64,000 nt of DNA from the NCBI GenBank assembly GCA_964016885.1, contig OZ024741.1, positions 298,778,001 to 298,842,000 of the forward strand, given 5' to 3'. A model generated the notes under the pieces. It made no database searches. It saw only the letters and a program-made list of their open reading frames with translations, and was not told the DNA's origin. This stretch comes from Eledone cirrhosa. Its lineage: Eukaryota. Both the position numbers and the translations under genes were made by a program. Below are positions 26,606 through 40,974 of the stretch, one piece after another (positions within the stretch are counted from its first letter, which is position 1; each line of letters begins with the position of its first letter).

Positions 26606-27746
26606 TAGGACCGTTTTATGTTCTTAGATGTTATACTTCTCCTGTCGTTTGGCTTAACGCCACCAGGAAGACCTTTGTAGACTTTAATGGAGTTCATTCT
26701 GTTGCAACCATCGAACCAGGTATCTAGTCTAAAAACATACTTCCTACCCCCTTCCCACTGTATGCATCGGGACCCTGAAAAGGACCATGAGAACTGATCT
26801 TCTTTCTATAAAGCAAATATAAAATAAATCTTTATGAATGCCAACATTGAATCATAAAACAATGTGAATCTGAAATCGAGATTCATTGTTATTGTTATTG
26901 TTATTGTTTTTACTTAAACCCAGATCAGCCCCAATGAGCAGATCTGTGTTAAAAGATGATATAGTCATGGTCCTCCCATCATTTGACCTCAGGCACAGCG
27001 TGTCTAAGACCACATTGCTTAATGTCCCCCCCCCTCCACTGAAGACATAACAGTTATTTCTTGACAGTGGGGCAATCGCAGAGCTATCTTGGTGAGCTAG
27101 TCGTCAAACACAGTTTGCAGGCAGGTAAGATGTTACATTACAAGTTTTGTTAAGGCTGGGTGGGCGGGAGACATAGGTGCATAGAAGCTATAGTTTTAAT
27201 ATTTGGGAGATAGCTCAAGATTTGATGCAAATCTGCTCTAAACGAATTATTGTCAGGGTAAAAAAGTATTTTCCACTTACGCATTTCAGGCCTCGAAAAG
27301 CTGTCATAGTTTCTCTTTTATACACCCTTCATACATACGTCAGATAAATCAGACGTTTTAAATTTATCTTACAATTAAAACGTAATTCTTTTTTAAAAAT
27401 AGCATTTCAACTTTCAGAGATAGGCTCAAAGGTTTAGATATTAGCTGGAGATAATATAAACTATTGTTTGAAAGGAAAATGTCATAGGATCAAAATTCTG
27501 TTAAGACTATGAAAAATGTATGACTACACGAATCTGTTAATCGTTCGGACATCTTTTGATATTATTGATAAATATGATAACAATAGAGATAGATAAATAT
27601 ATGGTGAAAGGGGAAATGATATTGGTTGGAGAAGGCATGACAGGATATGAGGGGCTGATATGGAGGAAACTAGATGGAGCATGTATCTAGTGTAGGTAGC
27701 GGAGTGAGTTTCTTCGACGAAAAGCCATGTGTGTGTTATATGTTAT

Positions 27747-27856
27747 ATAATTGTTTCTACTTTTGGCACAAGGCCAGTAATTATATCAGTGCATTACTGG
27801 TGCTTTATTTTATCGATCCCGTAAGGATGAAAGGCAAAGTTAACCTCGGTGGATTT
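27747..27856 (-). mobile_element. SINE family A, 5'-truncated
   Basis: 3' half of the family A consensus. Confidence 0.8.
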
Positions 27857-27871
27857 TGCCATTATTATATA

Positions 27872-28478
27872 CTAGCAGCAGTACCCAGCGTTGCCTGGGT
27901 AGGTAATATAATATCTGCTTTGATGAAAAGATGTTGAGCTTAGCGACTGCTTCTCGATGACTCATCAGGCCATGCGAGGGAGGGTGGCGATGACCTTTAT
28001 CACTGAGAAACGCGGGTGACTGACGAAGGGGCATGCTGGGGGAGGGAGTTTCGAATTTGAACGAAATCGGTTGAAAAATGTGGGAGCTAGAGCCGAAAAG
28101 GCGGAAATTTTAGCGAAAAGGTGGTATTTTCGAATGTTTAAGCGGCTGCCACGCCGTTCCTGAACTAATAATCCAAAATGTAAAGCCATTACAGGATGTG
28201 CAATGATAAATTCTATTTTGCTTTAAAATTTGAACGAAATCGGTGGCAAAATGTTATTTTTCGATACCTAAAAAAAGGTGACCCCCCCCCCTATCGATTT
28301 TTATCTGCAGAATGACCCCGGAAGAAAAAAAACGATACGCTGATATATAGAAAATACTCCCCGATGACTAATCTATGAGCCTGTAAAGGTTCATGAAAAT
28401 CCGTCGTAAGATGTAGGCCCCTATAGGTAATACACACACACACACACACACACATACTTAATTATATATATATACCGA
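27872..28478 (-). mobile_element. Non-autonomous Helitron-like element
   Basis: Left end CTAG plus hairpin TACCCAG-CGTTGC-CTGGGTA (3' terminus on the minus strand); right end TC..TATATATA plus (GT)n on the minus strand; no TSD. Confidence 0.65.
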
Positions 28479-28479
28479 T

Positions 28480-28697
28480 GGTGTCTTATATAGGCACAAG
28501 GCCAGCAATTTTCGGGGAGGGAAAAGTCAATTAAATCGACTCCAGTGCGTGAATGGTACTTCGTTTTATCGACCTCGTAAGGATGAAAGGCAAAGTTAAC
28601 CACGGCGAGATTTGAACTCAGAATGGCAAGGGCCGTAACTCTATGCGTCAAAGCATGGTGTCCGACCCTCTACCGCTACTGCCAATCCACCTCCCTG
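28480..28697 (-). mobile_element. SINE family A
   Basis: Full-length match to family A. Confidence 0.85.
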
Positions 28698-28718
28698 CCA
28701 TTATTGTATATGATATAG

Positions 28719-28910
28719 TGCGTTCGATTGGCAGGAGCGGTAGAGAGTCGGACGCCATGCTTTGACGCATAGAGTTACGGCCCTTGCCATTCTGAGTTCA
28801 AATACCGCCGAGGTTAACTTTGCCTTTCATCCTTACGGGGTCGATAAAATAAAGTACCAGTAATGCACTGGGTAATTGCTGGCCTTGTGCCAGAAAGTAG
28901 AAACAATTAT
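28719..28910 (+). mobile_element. SINE family A
   Basis: A box TGGCAGGAGCGG, B box GAGTTCAAATAC, TSD ATTATTGTATATGATATA. Confidence 0.85.
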
Positions 28911-28923
28911 TGTATATGATATA

Positions 28924-29104
28924 TAATTGTTTCTACTTTTGGCACAAGGCCATCAATCAACCAGTACATTACTGGTACTTTATTTTATCGATCCCGTAAG
29001 GATGAAAGGCAAAGTTAACCTCGGCGGGATTTGAACTCAGATCATACAGGGAGGTAACTCTTCAAAGCATGGCGACCCTCTACCGATACTGCCAATCCAC
29101 CGCC
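28924..29104 (-). mobile_element. SINE family A
   Basis: Full-length match; TSD-like TATATGATATATA. Confidence 0.85.
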
Positions 29105-29169
29105 TAACAGTTATATGATATATATTAATGGCATGAAACAATTTGTAGCCACCTTGTATCTGAACTGTT

Positions 29170-30368
29170 GACTCTATCAATCCGTTATGCCATCTGTTAT
29201 ATATATCTTTTCATTTTCTATATTTTCATAATGCAGTACATCTTCTATACTACTTAACTACATACTTTAATAAATATTACCATCTCTATATTTTATACCC
29301 CCACATAATACAATACATCTACTATTGTGCATGAATCTTGTGCATCACTTCTACGTATACTCCTGCTTTGATATTTCGAAATATACATCTTTGAGTTATT
29401 TACTTTATATTATAATACGTTTTCCTAAACAAGCGTTTTAATACGCTACATTTTTAACGGTATCTTCAAACTCATCTAGTCCCACGAAGATTAGGCCACA
29501 AATTTGATTCATCTCACGATCTGGAGATATGGTCAATATTGCACCTTGAAACCTTGTGTAGCGCTTTTGTTCCGTGTATAAAGGTGAATAAATAAATAAT
29601 ATATAAACTCTCTTCCTGATTGCTTTCCTTTTTATTTTTCACTCCTACGGATATTTGCTAGATACAGATATTGCTCCTACGTGGAAGGTTTTGCACAGAC
29701 CCTCGGAAAATTATTTCAACTGACTCGGATTAATCTGCCCGTTTAGTTGAGAACTCGTTGATAATTAGGATTTATTCATTACTTCTACTTATGGATTCAT
29801 GCGAGATAAATTATCCCACCAAAAACATAGCGGCACTTATCAACACTTCTCACCCCAAAACACTTCTCGATAAAATAGATGTTGTACGTAGATTGAGATG
29901 GAAGACTCTATGCTCCGACGGTGAAATGGCCACCAGTTCCGCCGACAAATTGAACATCAGTTCAATTAAGTACCCCTCAAACGTTAAGAGTTTAGCTCCG
30001 TCCAAAGCTGACCTGTTAGATTTAGTTTTCAGCATCATGTTTCTTAATTACTATAATCTCTTCCTACATACACTTGTAAATGACATTAAAAAATTAAAAT
30101 CGTCTAATAGTGTTTTTAACCTTTTCCTGAATAGCATAAATATAAATCCCAGACGGTTAAAATTAACACCTATAACATGATTAATGATGAGCAGAATGAT
30201 ATTGCCAGAAACCTTTTAAATAGACAATAAAGTAAACACTTAGCTGAACGTAATGCTTCCATTAAAATCCGAAGGACCACAAACCTGATTTTGTAAACAG
30301 GCCTAGCTGAAAACTTTGGCAGCGCTTTTGTTCCGTGTATGAACAGAAATAAATAATATAGTATATAT
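29170..30368 (+). mobile_element. Internally deleted Naiad-type PLE remnant (pLTR, 5' ORF, pLTR repeat)
   Basis: The ORF at 29758-30180 contains NYPTKNI and RRLRWK, and KDHKPDF-like sequence follows at about 30270. AGCGCTTTTGTTCCGTGTAT is repeated at 29560 and 30321, each preceded by GAAA. Confidence 0.6.
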
Positions 30369-30369
30369 G

Positions 30370-30900
30370 GGAAGCCTTTGCAGTGCACTCTACATATGAG
30401 TGGAGTTCCACTGAAGCAAGTGGAGAAGTTCAAGTATCTTGGATCGTGTTTACGGGTGGTGAATAGCAGGGGACTGAATTGAATGCAAAACTTGCAGGAG
30501 CTGGTGCAGTAATGCGGCAGCTTCAGTATGTGGTCATCAGAAGAAGGGAAGTAGGTGTAAACGCCACACTCATTATCTTCAATTTGGAATTTGTGCCAAA
30601 TCTTAATTCTGGTCATGAATTCTGGTCACGAAGGGACTTTGGAGTAACGTTACACGAGAAAGCTCGTAGCTCAGAGATCAGAGAGTCACTCCAGGTAGAA
30701 ACGCTACTTTTCCGATACTACGGACAAGTCTTTAGAATGTCTCAGGAAAGAATCGGTGGATATGTTTTACGGGTAAAAGCAACCGGCAGGAGATCCAAAG
30801 ATAGACCCCAAACAAAATGGTTGAGCACGGCTCGCCTCACTTGGGGATCCAGCCTGAACATTTGGATACGATTGTTTTTGACAGGACCCGAAAAGGCATA
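30370..30900 (+). pseudogene. RTE-clade LINE RT C-terminal remnant
   Basis: LKQVEKFKYLGS, ..AGAVMRQL.., FVPNLNSGHEFW, RYYGQVFRM, GRRSKDRPQTKW. Confidence 0.75.
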
Positions 30901-30936
30901 CTATTCCAGGAATAAGTGGGTGAACAGGTAGAGGAT

Positions 30937-31111
<175 letters not shown>

Positions 31112-31585
31112 TATTTCTGTGTGTATCTGTAAATGTCTCTCTCTCTCTCTCTGTATATATATACATATATGAATGAAAAATAGCGTGCTGTGTTGTTGCG
31201 AATGATATACATATGAAGTAAAAATTAGAAAGAGAAGCCGAAGCCTATCCTTCATCAGTGATCTACTGGCCATCATAGGTATTTCTTCGCATTAAAGATC
31301 ATATACCTACGGCCAGCGCGAATAATAACTAAGATAAGTTAGGGATAAAAAGAATTGGGTGGAGAAAGAGAGACAGGCGAACAAACAAAAATGGTAAGGC
31401 AACCTTAAGAAAAGGAAAAACTGAGAAAATCAAATCAGTGATTCATTTGAACATAAGAACTTGCGAACACTGAAGAGAAGACGAAAGACCCATCCGTATC
31501 TTGCGAAAAGTGAGTGAGAAAAGAATTTCGCACGGTGCCGGACGGTGGAGAAAGTGAGAGAGGGTGAGTAGCAGAGAGTGAGTGA

Positions 31586-31661
<76 letters not shown>

Positions 31662-31900
31662 ATGTGTGTGTCTAATGTGTGCAAGTGCGCATATACGTAT
31701 GTAATTAACTGCTATCGTTGATACTTCATGACTCTGAACATTTTGTAGAAGACAAGATTATCCGTTGTTGCTTGAAAGGAATGAGAAATAAGCAGTTTGA
31801 AGCCTGAAATCTGAGGAAGTTTATCTACGAATACAGTGAAAAGAAAAAAAAACAAAACAAAAAAAAACAACAACACACAATCACATATATATATATATAT

Positions 31901-32090
31901 AATAATTGTTTCTACTTTAGGCACAAGGCCAACAATTACCCAGTGCATTACTGTACTTTATTTTATCGACCCCGTAAGGATGAAAGGCAAAGTCAACCTC
32001 GGCAGGATTTGAACTCAGATCGTAAAGGGACGTAACTATGCTGGAAAGTATGGCGTCCGACCCTCTACTGATACTGCCGATCCACCGCCC
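31901..32090 (-). mobile_element. SINE family A
   Basis: Full-length match; TSD-like ACATATATAT..AATAAT. Confidence 0.85.
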
Positions 32091-32235
32091 TTACATATAT
32101 ATAATAATATATATATATAATAGTAATAATAAATTTGAAGACTAAAATCCAAAGAGGGCTCAATAAGGATAAATATATATTAAATATATAAGAACCGTAG
32201 AGCAAATATTTATTAAAATAACAGATTAAAGTTTA

Positions 32236-32399
32236 ACGGTTGGACGCCATGTTTTCTAGCATAGTTACGTCCCTTTACAGTCTGAGTTCAAATCCCGCCG
32301 AGGTTAACTTTGCTTTCATTCTTACGGGGTCGATAAAATAAAGTACCAGTAATGTACTGGATAATTGCTGGCCTGTGCCTAAAGTAGAAACAATTATTA
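32236..32399 (+). mobile_element. SINE family A, inverted relative to 31901-32090
   Basis: GGACGCCATG...TCTGAGTTCAAATCCCGCCGAGG...GTAGAAACAATTATT. Confidence 0.85.
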
Positions 32400-32660
32400 T
32401 ATATATATGTGTGTATGTATATAATATTTACAGAGACACACACGCAACCCATCACATATATATGAACAAATACTACATTAATTTCTTTATACATATGCAT
32501 GAATATTACATAAGGGCCTTTATGCATATATAGTTTAATAAACGATAATATAACCGCTGTCCTTTCTGTATTGAGGATTTTGCCTTATATTGTACTTGAC
32601 TTCGCTTTAAACGGGAACATTAACAATTATATGTATATACACACAAACAAACACACACAC

Positions 32661-32725
<65 letters not shown>

Positions 32726-33007
32726 CGCGCGCACCCATTCAAAAGCCCCACGTATACCATGTTAGTCAGAATTGGGGAATATTGTTGGAGTAATCTAGAG
32801 ACAAATTTTCAAATTTCTTTATTTTCTAAGTTAGATCTATCAACATTTGAATCATATGAGGCACTGAGCAATGTTAATAAAAAGGTCTATGTTCTTTTCG
32901 AACGGGCAATATGCTATTGAACTATATTTTATCATGACGAGGCCTTAGAGAATCACCTCTACCTCCTTGGGGAGGCTTCCCAGAAACTTCCTGGCTCTAT
33001 TTGTTCC

Positions 33008-33221
33008 AATTTGGTTTCTTATATAGGCACAAGCCCAGCAATTTTGGGGAAAGCGGAAAGTCGATTAAATCAACCCCAGTGGTACTTTATTTTATCGACC
33101 CCGTAAGGATGAAAGGCAAAGTTAACCTCGGTGGGATTTGAACTCAGATCATAAAGGGCCGTAACTCCATGCTGCAAATCATGGCATCCGACCCTCTACC
33201 GATACTGCCAATCCACCACCC
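33008..33221 (-). mobile_element. SINE family A with TSD
   Basis: Flanked by CTCTAT(t/a)TGTTCCAATT at about 32995 and 33221. Confidence 0.85.
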
Positions 33222-34433
33222 TCTATATGTTCCAATTTAAAAAACTTTTAGTCTAAGAAAGAGGATATCTTGAAGCGGATCATTAAAATACTGCCAAGAT
33301 TGGAGATAGAATATATTGTCAAAGATCTACCAACTAAAAACAATATGTTTGAGTACATGGAGGCTACGAAAAAATTCAACAACTCAAACTCATAGCTGCG
33401 TTACAGCTTTTCTTATTTTCCATTTTTTTTCCTTTATCGCTTTTTATGCTTCTTTTCCCTTCCGATGGTTTTCACTTTTTTTTTAAAAATCTCTCCGTCT
33501 ATCTATCTTGTTTTTATTTCTTAATCTTTTGATACCAAACCACTTCTAGTTCACATTGTAATTACATCATAACCTATTTATTGTGTGTGTTTGAGTGTAA
33601 GTATGTAGGGGTACTAGATACCTCCCCTTGTCTGTCATGGCTTACTAGCTATATACAGATGTATAAATTGATTAAATAAATAAACAAATAAATATAAATG
33701 AGTATATGTGTGTATTTGGGTGTGAGAGAGTGGGTGCGTTGGTGTAGGCAAAAGAAGAAATAGCACGAAGATAACACTACGAAGACATGATAGGATAAAA
33801 CTAATGTTATTATCTTTTCACTCAGCAAAATGGGAAGATTTTTTGACGCTACTAACATGGGTCCGTCATCGCAAAATAAAAGGAGAAAAAAAAACAAACA
33901 AAAAACGAATAAATAAAAGAAAAAAAGCAGAAAAATATAAATACGTGGTTTCTTACATCAATGCCATGTTGAATTTAACGGGGAATAAGAATGGCGAGAA
34001 AAGGGCTTTATCGTACAAAGGAACAGGGGAAGAGGAAGGGCAGATAAATTAGTGCCTCGAGATTATAAGAGTTCATGTATATGTTTATTGGCATTTTTGT
34101 GTGATTATGTGTTATGCATAACGTCTGTACTTTTGTGTTGTGTAACACTGTGTTCGTGTGAACATTATATATGTATGTATGTATGAATGTATGTGTGTGT
34201 GTGTATGTATGTATATTTGTGTGTAAGTATGTAAGTATGTATGCATGTGTGTAATATATGCGTGTGTATGTATATATATATATATATATATTCGTGTGTA
34301 GGTGTGCATGTAAGTATGTGGTGTGTATTTATGTATGTATGCATGTGTGTGTATGTATATATATGTGTGTGTAGGTGTGGATGTAAGTATGTGTGTATGT
34401 ATGTGTGTATGTGTGTATGTATGTATCTATGCA

Positions 34434-34509
<76 letters not shown>

Positions 34510-34534
34510 TATATATATATATATATATATACAC

Positions 34535-34571
<37 letters not shown>

Positions 34572-35689
34572 TATATATATATATATCTGTCTAAACGCTG
34601 GAGGCTCATCAGGTCAGAACTTATCCCAGTTTCCTTTGAGTTAAGCGGCTGCGTGTATAAATCTCTTCTTTAAACACATATGTAAATACTTATATATGTA
34701 TGTGTGTGTATGTTTGTGTATGTATGTGTATGTTTGTGTATGTGTATGTATGTGTGTTTGTGTTTGTGTTTGTGTCTGCGTAAACAAGATGATTGATTTG
34801 ATTGTTTGAGTTAATATTTTATACATTATTGTGAACTTTAAGATAATACATTCTCCTCTGGTGAAATAAATGCGACTGAACATGGTTTTAGTTTATTGGA
34901 TGAGCGTAAATAAACTCAGAAATAACAGCAACAATAACAACAACAGCACCTACGATGACAACAACAACAACATCAATATAACAAATATATAACCAACTGA
35001 TATTAACAGCACACCTTGCAAGCATATAGTTGTTATTATTTACTGATTAGCGGGAAAAACAAACAAACAAACACAAACACACATAAATACACACGCACAC
35101 ACACACACATCCGCTATGTCACACATATACACATGTACACACATCCACTATCTCACACATATACACACACATAAGCACATACTATTCTAAATTTTCTGAT
35201 ATTTTGAAAAAAATCGCGACTAGACATCTTTTAATGTCTGAGAACAGACATTTTTAGCTATGTTGCAAACAGGGTTTTTTTGTTTTACGAGTTAGAAATA
35301 TGACAGGATACTTAGGAAATTTGAGTGTGTGTGTGTAGGGGGGGGGGGGTACTTTGCACCCTTGTTTTAAAACAGTATATTCACAATACTGGAGCGCATT
35401 CTTATCAGTTAGGTGAAAATAGGGTTATATATTGACGTGAATCTTTAGACTTTGGTATGTTTCTTGACTCCAAACAACATAATTCCACCCATCTTAGGAC
35501 CATATGCCATTGAAATAAGAAATTATGCACTAAGGAGTCAAAGCTTGTATTTTAGTGGTTTGGGTCTCCCTCTCACAATCGTCAAGTAGTGAGCTTGATT
35601 CCCGGCAGCGCGTTGTGCCCCCCCCCCCCAGTATGACACTTTTTTCCCATTTGGGACTTGAGCATTTCAAACTTGGGGGAGCTCATCAC

Positions 35690-35920
35690 TCACCAGGTCA
35701 AAATGGTCTTGTCCAAGTATAGGCCTCTCTCTGATAGGTTTGTGGTAGAGTCTGTAGCAGTGGAGACTTCCGGCGTTCTTGGCCTCCAGAACACATCCCT
35801 ACTCACTGCTATCGGTATAGAGTTGGCTGGCCGAAGTTCTTAGCCTCCAATGTGGGGTGGCTGTTCCAGCGCGTCTGTCTAGCCGTCATCCAGGGTAATG
35901 TATTCTCCATCCTCTCGGCC
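35690..35920 (+). pseudogene. CRE-like non-LTR restriction-like endonuclease C-terminal remnant
   Basis: KYRPL..FVVESVAVETSGVLG...WLFQRVCLAVIQGNVFSIL matches the KY...P.A.ET.G...QR.S.A.QRGNA pattern. Confidence 0.7.
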
Positions 35921-36574
35921 AAGACCGAGACGAGGAGGGTAAGTTTGTTGGAGGTGGAGGATATACATTTGGAGGTCACACATTTCCTCTTCTCACCCCA
36001 CTTTCACTCACTCTGTGTATTATGTATATCGCCTCTTCGAGTAACCGATTGACATAAGCGCTGGAATCGATATAATCACCGAAACTCTTTAAGTATTTTC
36101 CTCTGCAAACCATTCAAATGACTAAAACGAAATCAGTGAATGATCTGATTCATTTTTATTGTAAATGTTTATTTGCCTTGTTGGTTGTATGGATATAGCT
36201 GATTTCTTCCAGAGAAAGGAAGAAATGAAGGAAACAAAGGAAGAAACAAGAGAGAGGGAGAGAAAGGAAGAAATGATGAGGAAAGATGAAAAAAGAATCG
36301 ACTCTAATACTGGACTGGTACTTTATTTATCAAAAGGGGTAACGTTTTCTTGAGTATGCAGGGGATCGAATAAAATTGAAATCCAAACCTCAATTCCTGG
36401 TTTCGTCCATTTGCCAATGCATCAATTTTATCTTTATTTTTTTTGATTGTGTTATTTGTCAAATGTGAAGAAATGAATATTTATTGAGCTGGCGTGGATA
36501 ATAGTTCAATTCCTCGAGAGAGCCACATTTTCGAAAATGCACTTTAAAATATACTCTGTCACTCACTCTCCACC

Positions 36575-36625
<51 letters not shown>

Positions 36626-36698
36626 CATAATGTAGGCATATGTATATGTATGTTTATATGTATGTATGCATATATGAACCATTCTCTCTCTCTCTCTC

Positions 36699-36767
<69 letters not shown>

Positions 36768-36780
36768 GTATATAAATATA

Positions 36781-37897
36781 ACATCCTCACACAAGCCAAA
36801 ATCCAACCAACCCTCACAATGAACCCTACAGTAAAAAAAATGCGGAAGGCCCAACTGTGGCATATGCATAAATCTAATAGAAGGTTCAACATTCCATTTT
36901 AAACAAGGAAAGCATTTCACAGTTAAACACAACTTTATATGTGCATCTGAAAACCTAATCTACACAGGACAGACAAAAAGCAGCCTCCGACAACGTATGA
37001 CCGTCCATAGATCACAAATCAAAATACAGGAATACAGAAAGATTGCTTTTAGTGAACATATCGCCAATTGTGCACCTAACCAACATCCAAACTTTAAAAT
37101 TTTCCCCATTTACAAATTCATAGACAACGCTACTTTCACCCATCGTACCAATAAGGAAACTTACTTCATTAACACATTCCAACCTCTACTTAATGGACTA
37201 AACTTCGGACTAAACTAAAACTGGAACGAACAATGAACCAAAACCAAATTCCCATGTTCTCTAAAGAGTAACCTCCACAACACCCTACCCAATCCTTTTT
37301 CTTATATAAATGAATTCCCCCTCCAATTTCTCTCTCCCCCACCTAACCACCCTGAATTACCTACCCCTTCATATTAACTCTCTAAAAAGGGAAATCATAT
37401 CAAACCCCAGACTACCATTTGCCTCCATCATGGATCAACTAAGCACTCCGGCCATAATAACACATTTTGAACTGCTTATCTTCAAGAACTATGCTTGAAG
37501 ATAATATTATTTTTTCTTTCCCTTTACCTTATCATGTTCCACATTACCCCCTTTTTTTCTTTTTTCTTTTCATATAAAACACCTTGTTTGTAAATAACAT
37601 TATTCTTTCTTCACCATTTCCTTAACATGTTCAACATTTTACACCAATACAAATTCCCCCCTTTGATAATGCATAAAATGCTGAAACCAGTGATAGACAA
37701 TTATTAAATATATAAATAAATAAATAAATGCCATTGTTAATTAATAAATAAATTAACTAATACCTTAACACTTCACACAAAAGTAAAATATTTTGTTTTA
37801 AACATTTTCTAACCCAGAGTAAAGAGAAAAAAAATAAAAAGGAAAAAAAAATTTTTTTCTTACTAATAATCGTCTTTTTCTCCCTATTTTCATATAT

Positions 37898-37900
<3 letters not shown>
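36781..37900 (+). mobile_element. 5'-truncated Neptune-type PLE (GIY-YIG end plus pyrimidine-rich 3' region) between (TA)n tracts
   Basis: KCGRPNCGIC...FICASENLIY[deletion]GQTKSSLRQRMTVH...EH...KETYFINTFQPLLNGLN; degenerate minimal HHR TTGATAA-TGCATAAAATGCT-GAAAC at about 37663-37687. Confidence 0.75.
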
Positions 37901-37953
<53 letters not shown>

Positions 37954-37956
<3 letters not shown>

Positions 37957-39218
37957 CAGTTTTATCTCCAAAGTAAAGGTATTGTTGTTTTATTTAAATC
38001 TATATTAGACGTACTTGAAATTATTAGTTATCCCCTTAAAAATACGTCCCTTGGGAAGTCACACATTGGTTCCCATGTTTTTCCCTCGATTATAAAAGTG
38101 CTAGAAGTAATTTTCTGTGAGTGTCCTTTGCTCGTCGGTTACAATTTTTTTGTATGGCTCTTCAACTTCGATTTCAATTTATCGAAGAGTTAGAAATCAC
38201 ACAGAGCTAGACCTGAGTTGTAGGGAGGATGTGAAGGAGTGGGGATGTTTTTCTTCGCCAGTAATCCTGTTATTGAAAGTGCTGTGTGAGCAGGTGTGTT
38301 ATCGGCGTGCAGTGTCCAATCTCCTGTCATGTCCTTTTGGACTCACTGGACCTGTTTGGGAAGTCGTTCCAAGACATCTTTGTAGAAGGTGTGATTAACT
38401 GCCTGTCCTGGAGGTAAAAATTGTTTATGGACAATATCACGACAACCAGAAAAAAAAGAACGATAATCATCGTTTTCACCCCAGATCTGCTCATGTGTTC
38501 TTTCTTCGGAGGAGGAGGAGATTTCGTGTGCCACACTCCACTTTGTCGTTTTGTCTCTGAATCGTACTCGAACACCCATGATCCATCTCCTTGTATTACT
38601 TTATCCAAGAATTTTGGCTTAATTTTCGAGTCATTCTAGCAAATACTGACAAATATCCAAACGGTTCATTTTTTGCTTCACAGACAATTATTTTGGCACT
38701 AGTTTTGCACAATTCTTTCGCATGTGCAAGTAGTCAGTTAAAATTCTGTGAACTGCAATCGTCCTAACACTTAATCGGCGACCCTTCCCCATCACTGCTT
38801 GCACTACATCCACATTTATTCATTTGTTGGCGAGATTGGCCTTCCATAACGAGGTTCATCATCAACATTCTCTCAGCACTCTTTGAAAGGTTTGTGCCAC
38901 TTAAAAACCTTCTTCCTCGATAGAGTGTCATCTCCATAAGCTTATCTTAAAGAATTAAATGTCTCAGTATCAAATTTGTTGAGTTTCACACAAAATTTGA
39001 TTACGTTCGATATTTTCCTGCATCGCAAATGCAACAGAGGTTATAAAAATGTCTCTGTACAGCAATAACTCACGACTGACTCAATAGATCATGTTGAAAT
39101 AAGTATGAACGTGCAACCAACGTCATAACCAATATGCCTATATGCATTAACGAGATGTTGCGATAGCATGTCGTACATAGAAAAATCATTATTCTTTACT
39201 TTTGGGACACACCCTTTA
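37954..39218 (-). mobile_element. Decayed mariner (Tc1/mariner) DNA transposon
   Basis: VIQGDGSWVFEYDSETKRQSGVW...K..MIIVFF..GIVH..FLPPGQAVN..FY..VLERL. Imperfect TIRs (CTCCAAAGTAAAG vs CTTTACTTTTGGGACACACCCT), about 1.27 kb, TA context. Confidence 0.85.
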
Positions 39219-39436
39219 TTTTGTATATATATATATATTGATATTATTCATACATTCATACATACACACATATATATAAATCTATCTGCATATATATGTG
39301 TGTATATAAATACATGTACATGTATCTCTATCTTTCTTTCTCTCTCTCTCTGTGTTTAATGTATCTACGCGTATCTATCTATGTATACATATATGTACAT
39401 GTACACAAACACATACGCACAAAAACTCACACACAC

Positions 39437-39564
<128 letters not shown>

Positions 39565-39568
39565 ACAT

Positions 39569-39601
<33 letters not shown>

Positions 39602-39945
39602 AATATATAAAGGAACATTAACTAAAAGGATCGTGAATTTCAGAATGCAGGGTATAATAAATATTATTGATACCTAGAAAATTTTGTCTATCTATTATAT
39701 CTATTAGTTTGGGCACAGTATAGTTCCTCGGATAATATTCCTTGTCTTCCTTATTCCACTTTCGTAAGACTGGAGGCATATTATTTTTGTTTTACTGTAT
39801 TTAAATAACGGGGTATACGTCATATTATGCAAAAGTGCAATAAGGGACATTACTCGAGGCGGGCGTTATGTTATTGCGAAATAAAAGAACGATAGAATTT
39901 CCATCACCCCCTCTCTCTCTCCCGCCCTCTCTCTCTCTGCATATC

Positions 39946-40027
<82 letters not shown>

Positions 40028-40028
<1 letters not shown>

Positions 40029-40312
40029 CAAAGGAATTGTAATAAGGAACCCGATGGACCATAACGCACCAGAGTACTCTATACTTAGGGTAGTAGAGTG
40101 GGAAATAGGAAAAAGTAAGACCCCGACGGCAGAGCTCAAGCCGTTTCGACGGCTATTTCTGGACTAAAATAGAATTTTTAGCCTGGTGAATAAATAGCCG
40201 AACTTGTCAAGGGGGTACTTCCTTATATGGGAAGATTGTAGTTGTCAAGAGGATTTAGTCCAGAAATAGCCTTCGAAACGGCTGGAGCTCTGCCGCCGGC
40301 GTCTTACTTTTT

Positions 40313-40314
<2 letters not shown>
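40028..40314. mobile_element. Short asymmetric palindromic PLE-end element in (TA)n (copy 1 of 3)
   Basis: Arms 40106-40168 and 40254-40316; carries HHR 3' half GAAACGGC-TTGAGCTCT-GCCGTC; extra tail of about 78 nt on the left. Confidence 0.75.
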
Positions 40315-40357
<43 letters not shown>

Positions 40358-40974
40358 CACAAACACATGTATTTACTATGCGTGAGTGTGTGAGCACTTA
40401 CACATATATATGAATAAATGTATCTATATAAGTGTGTTTATGTACCTATATAATTATGTGTATGTGTTCATGCTTTGATGGATTTGTTTGTTTTCGTGTT
40501 AATGATTTTTATATTATTGTGCGCAATTTATTAAAGAAATGTCCCTCTAGTGAAGAAAGCGAAATTGAATATGGTTCCAGTGTATATAAACATAGAAAGA
40601 AGAATAGCAATACCAGTATTGAAAATACAAACAAAATCTATGGGTTTTACCAGCCATCTATATAAACATATATATATTGACAGAATATGTTTGTTCAAAT
40701 CCACTGTTTATATTATCTTTCAAATCCACTGTTTATATTATCTTTCAAAACTACACCTGATGTCCCCCCTTCCGTACACATGCACACATGTGTATATCAT
40801 GACTCATGCACTGTTCATTTTCCTGACGTTCGTACATTACCCTATGTACAATACATACACTTTTGATGAGTTGTATTGCACCTGAGCACTGTACACAATA
40901 TTTTCATTATTATTTTAAATGGTCTACATGGGTATCAGATTTTCAGCATTTATTTATCTAGAGGATAGGGAACA

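Noticed and set aside
28719-28910. tRNA gene
   Set aside because: A and B boxes belong to a multi-copy SINE with body, tail and TSD; no complete cloverleaf.
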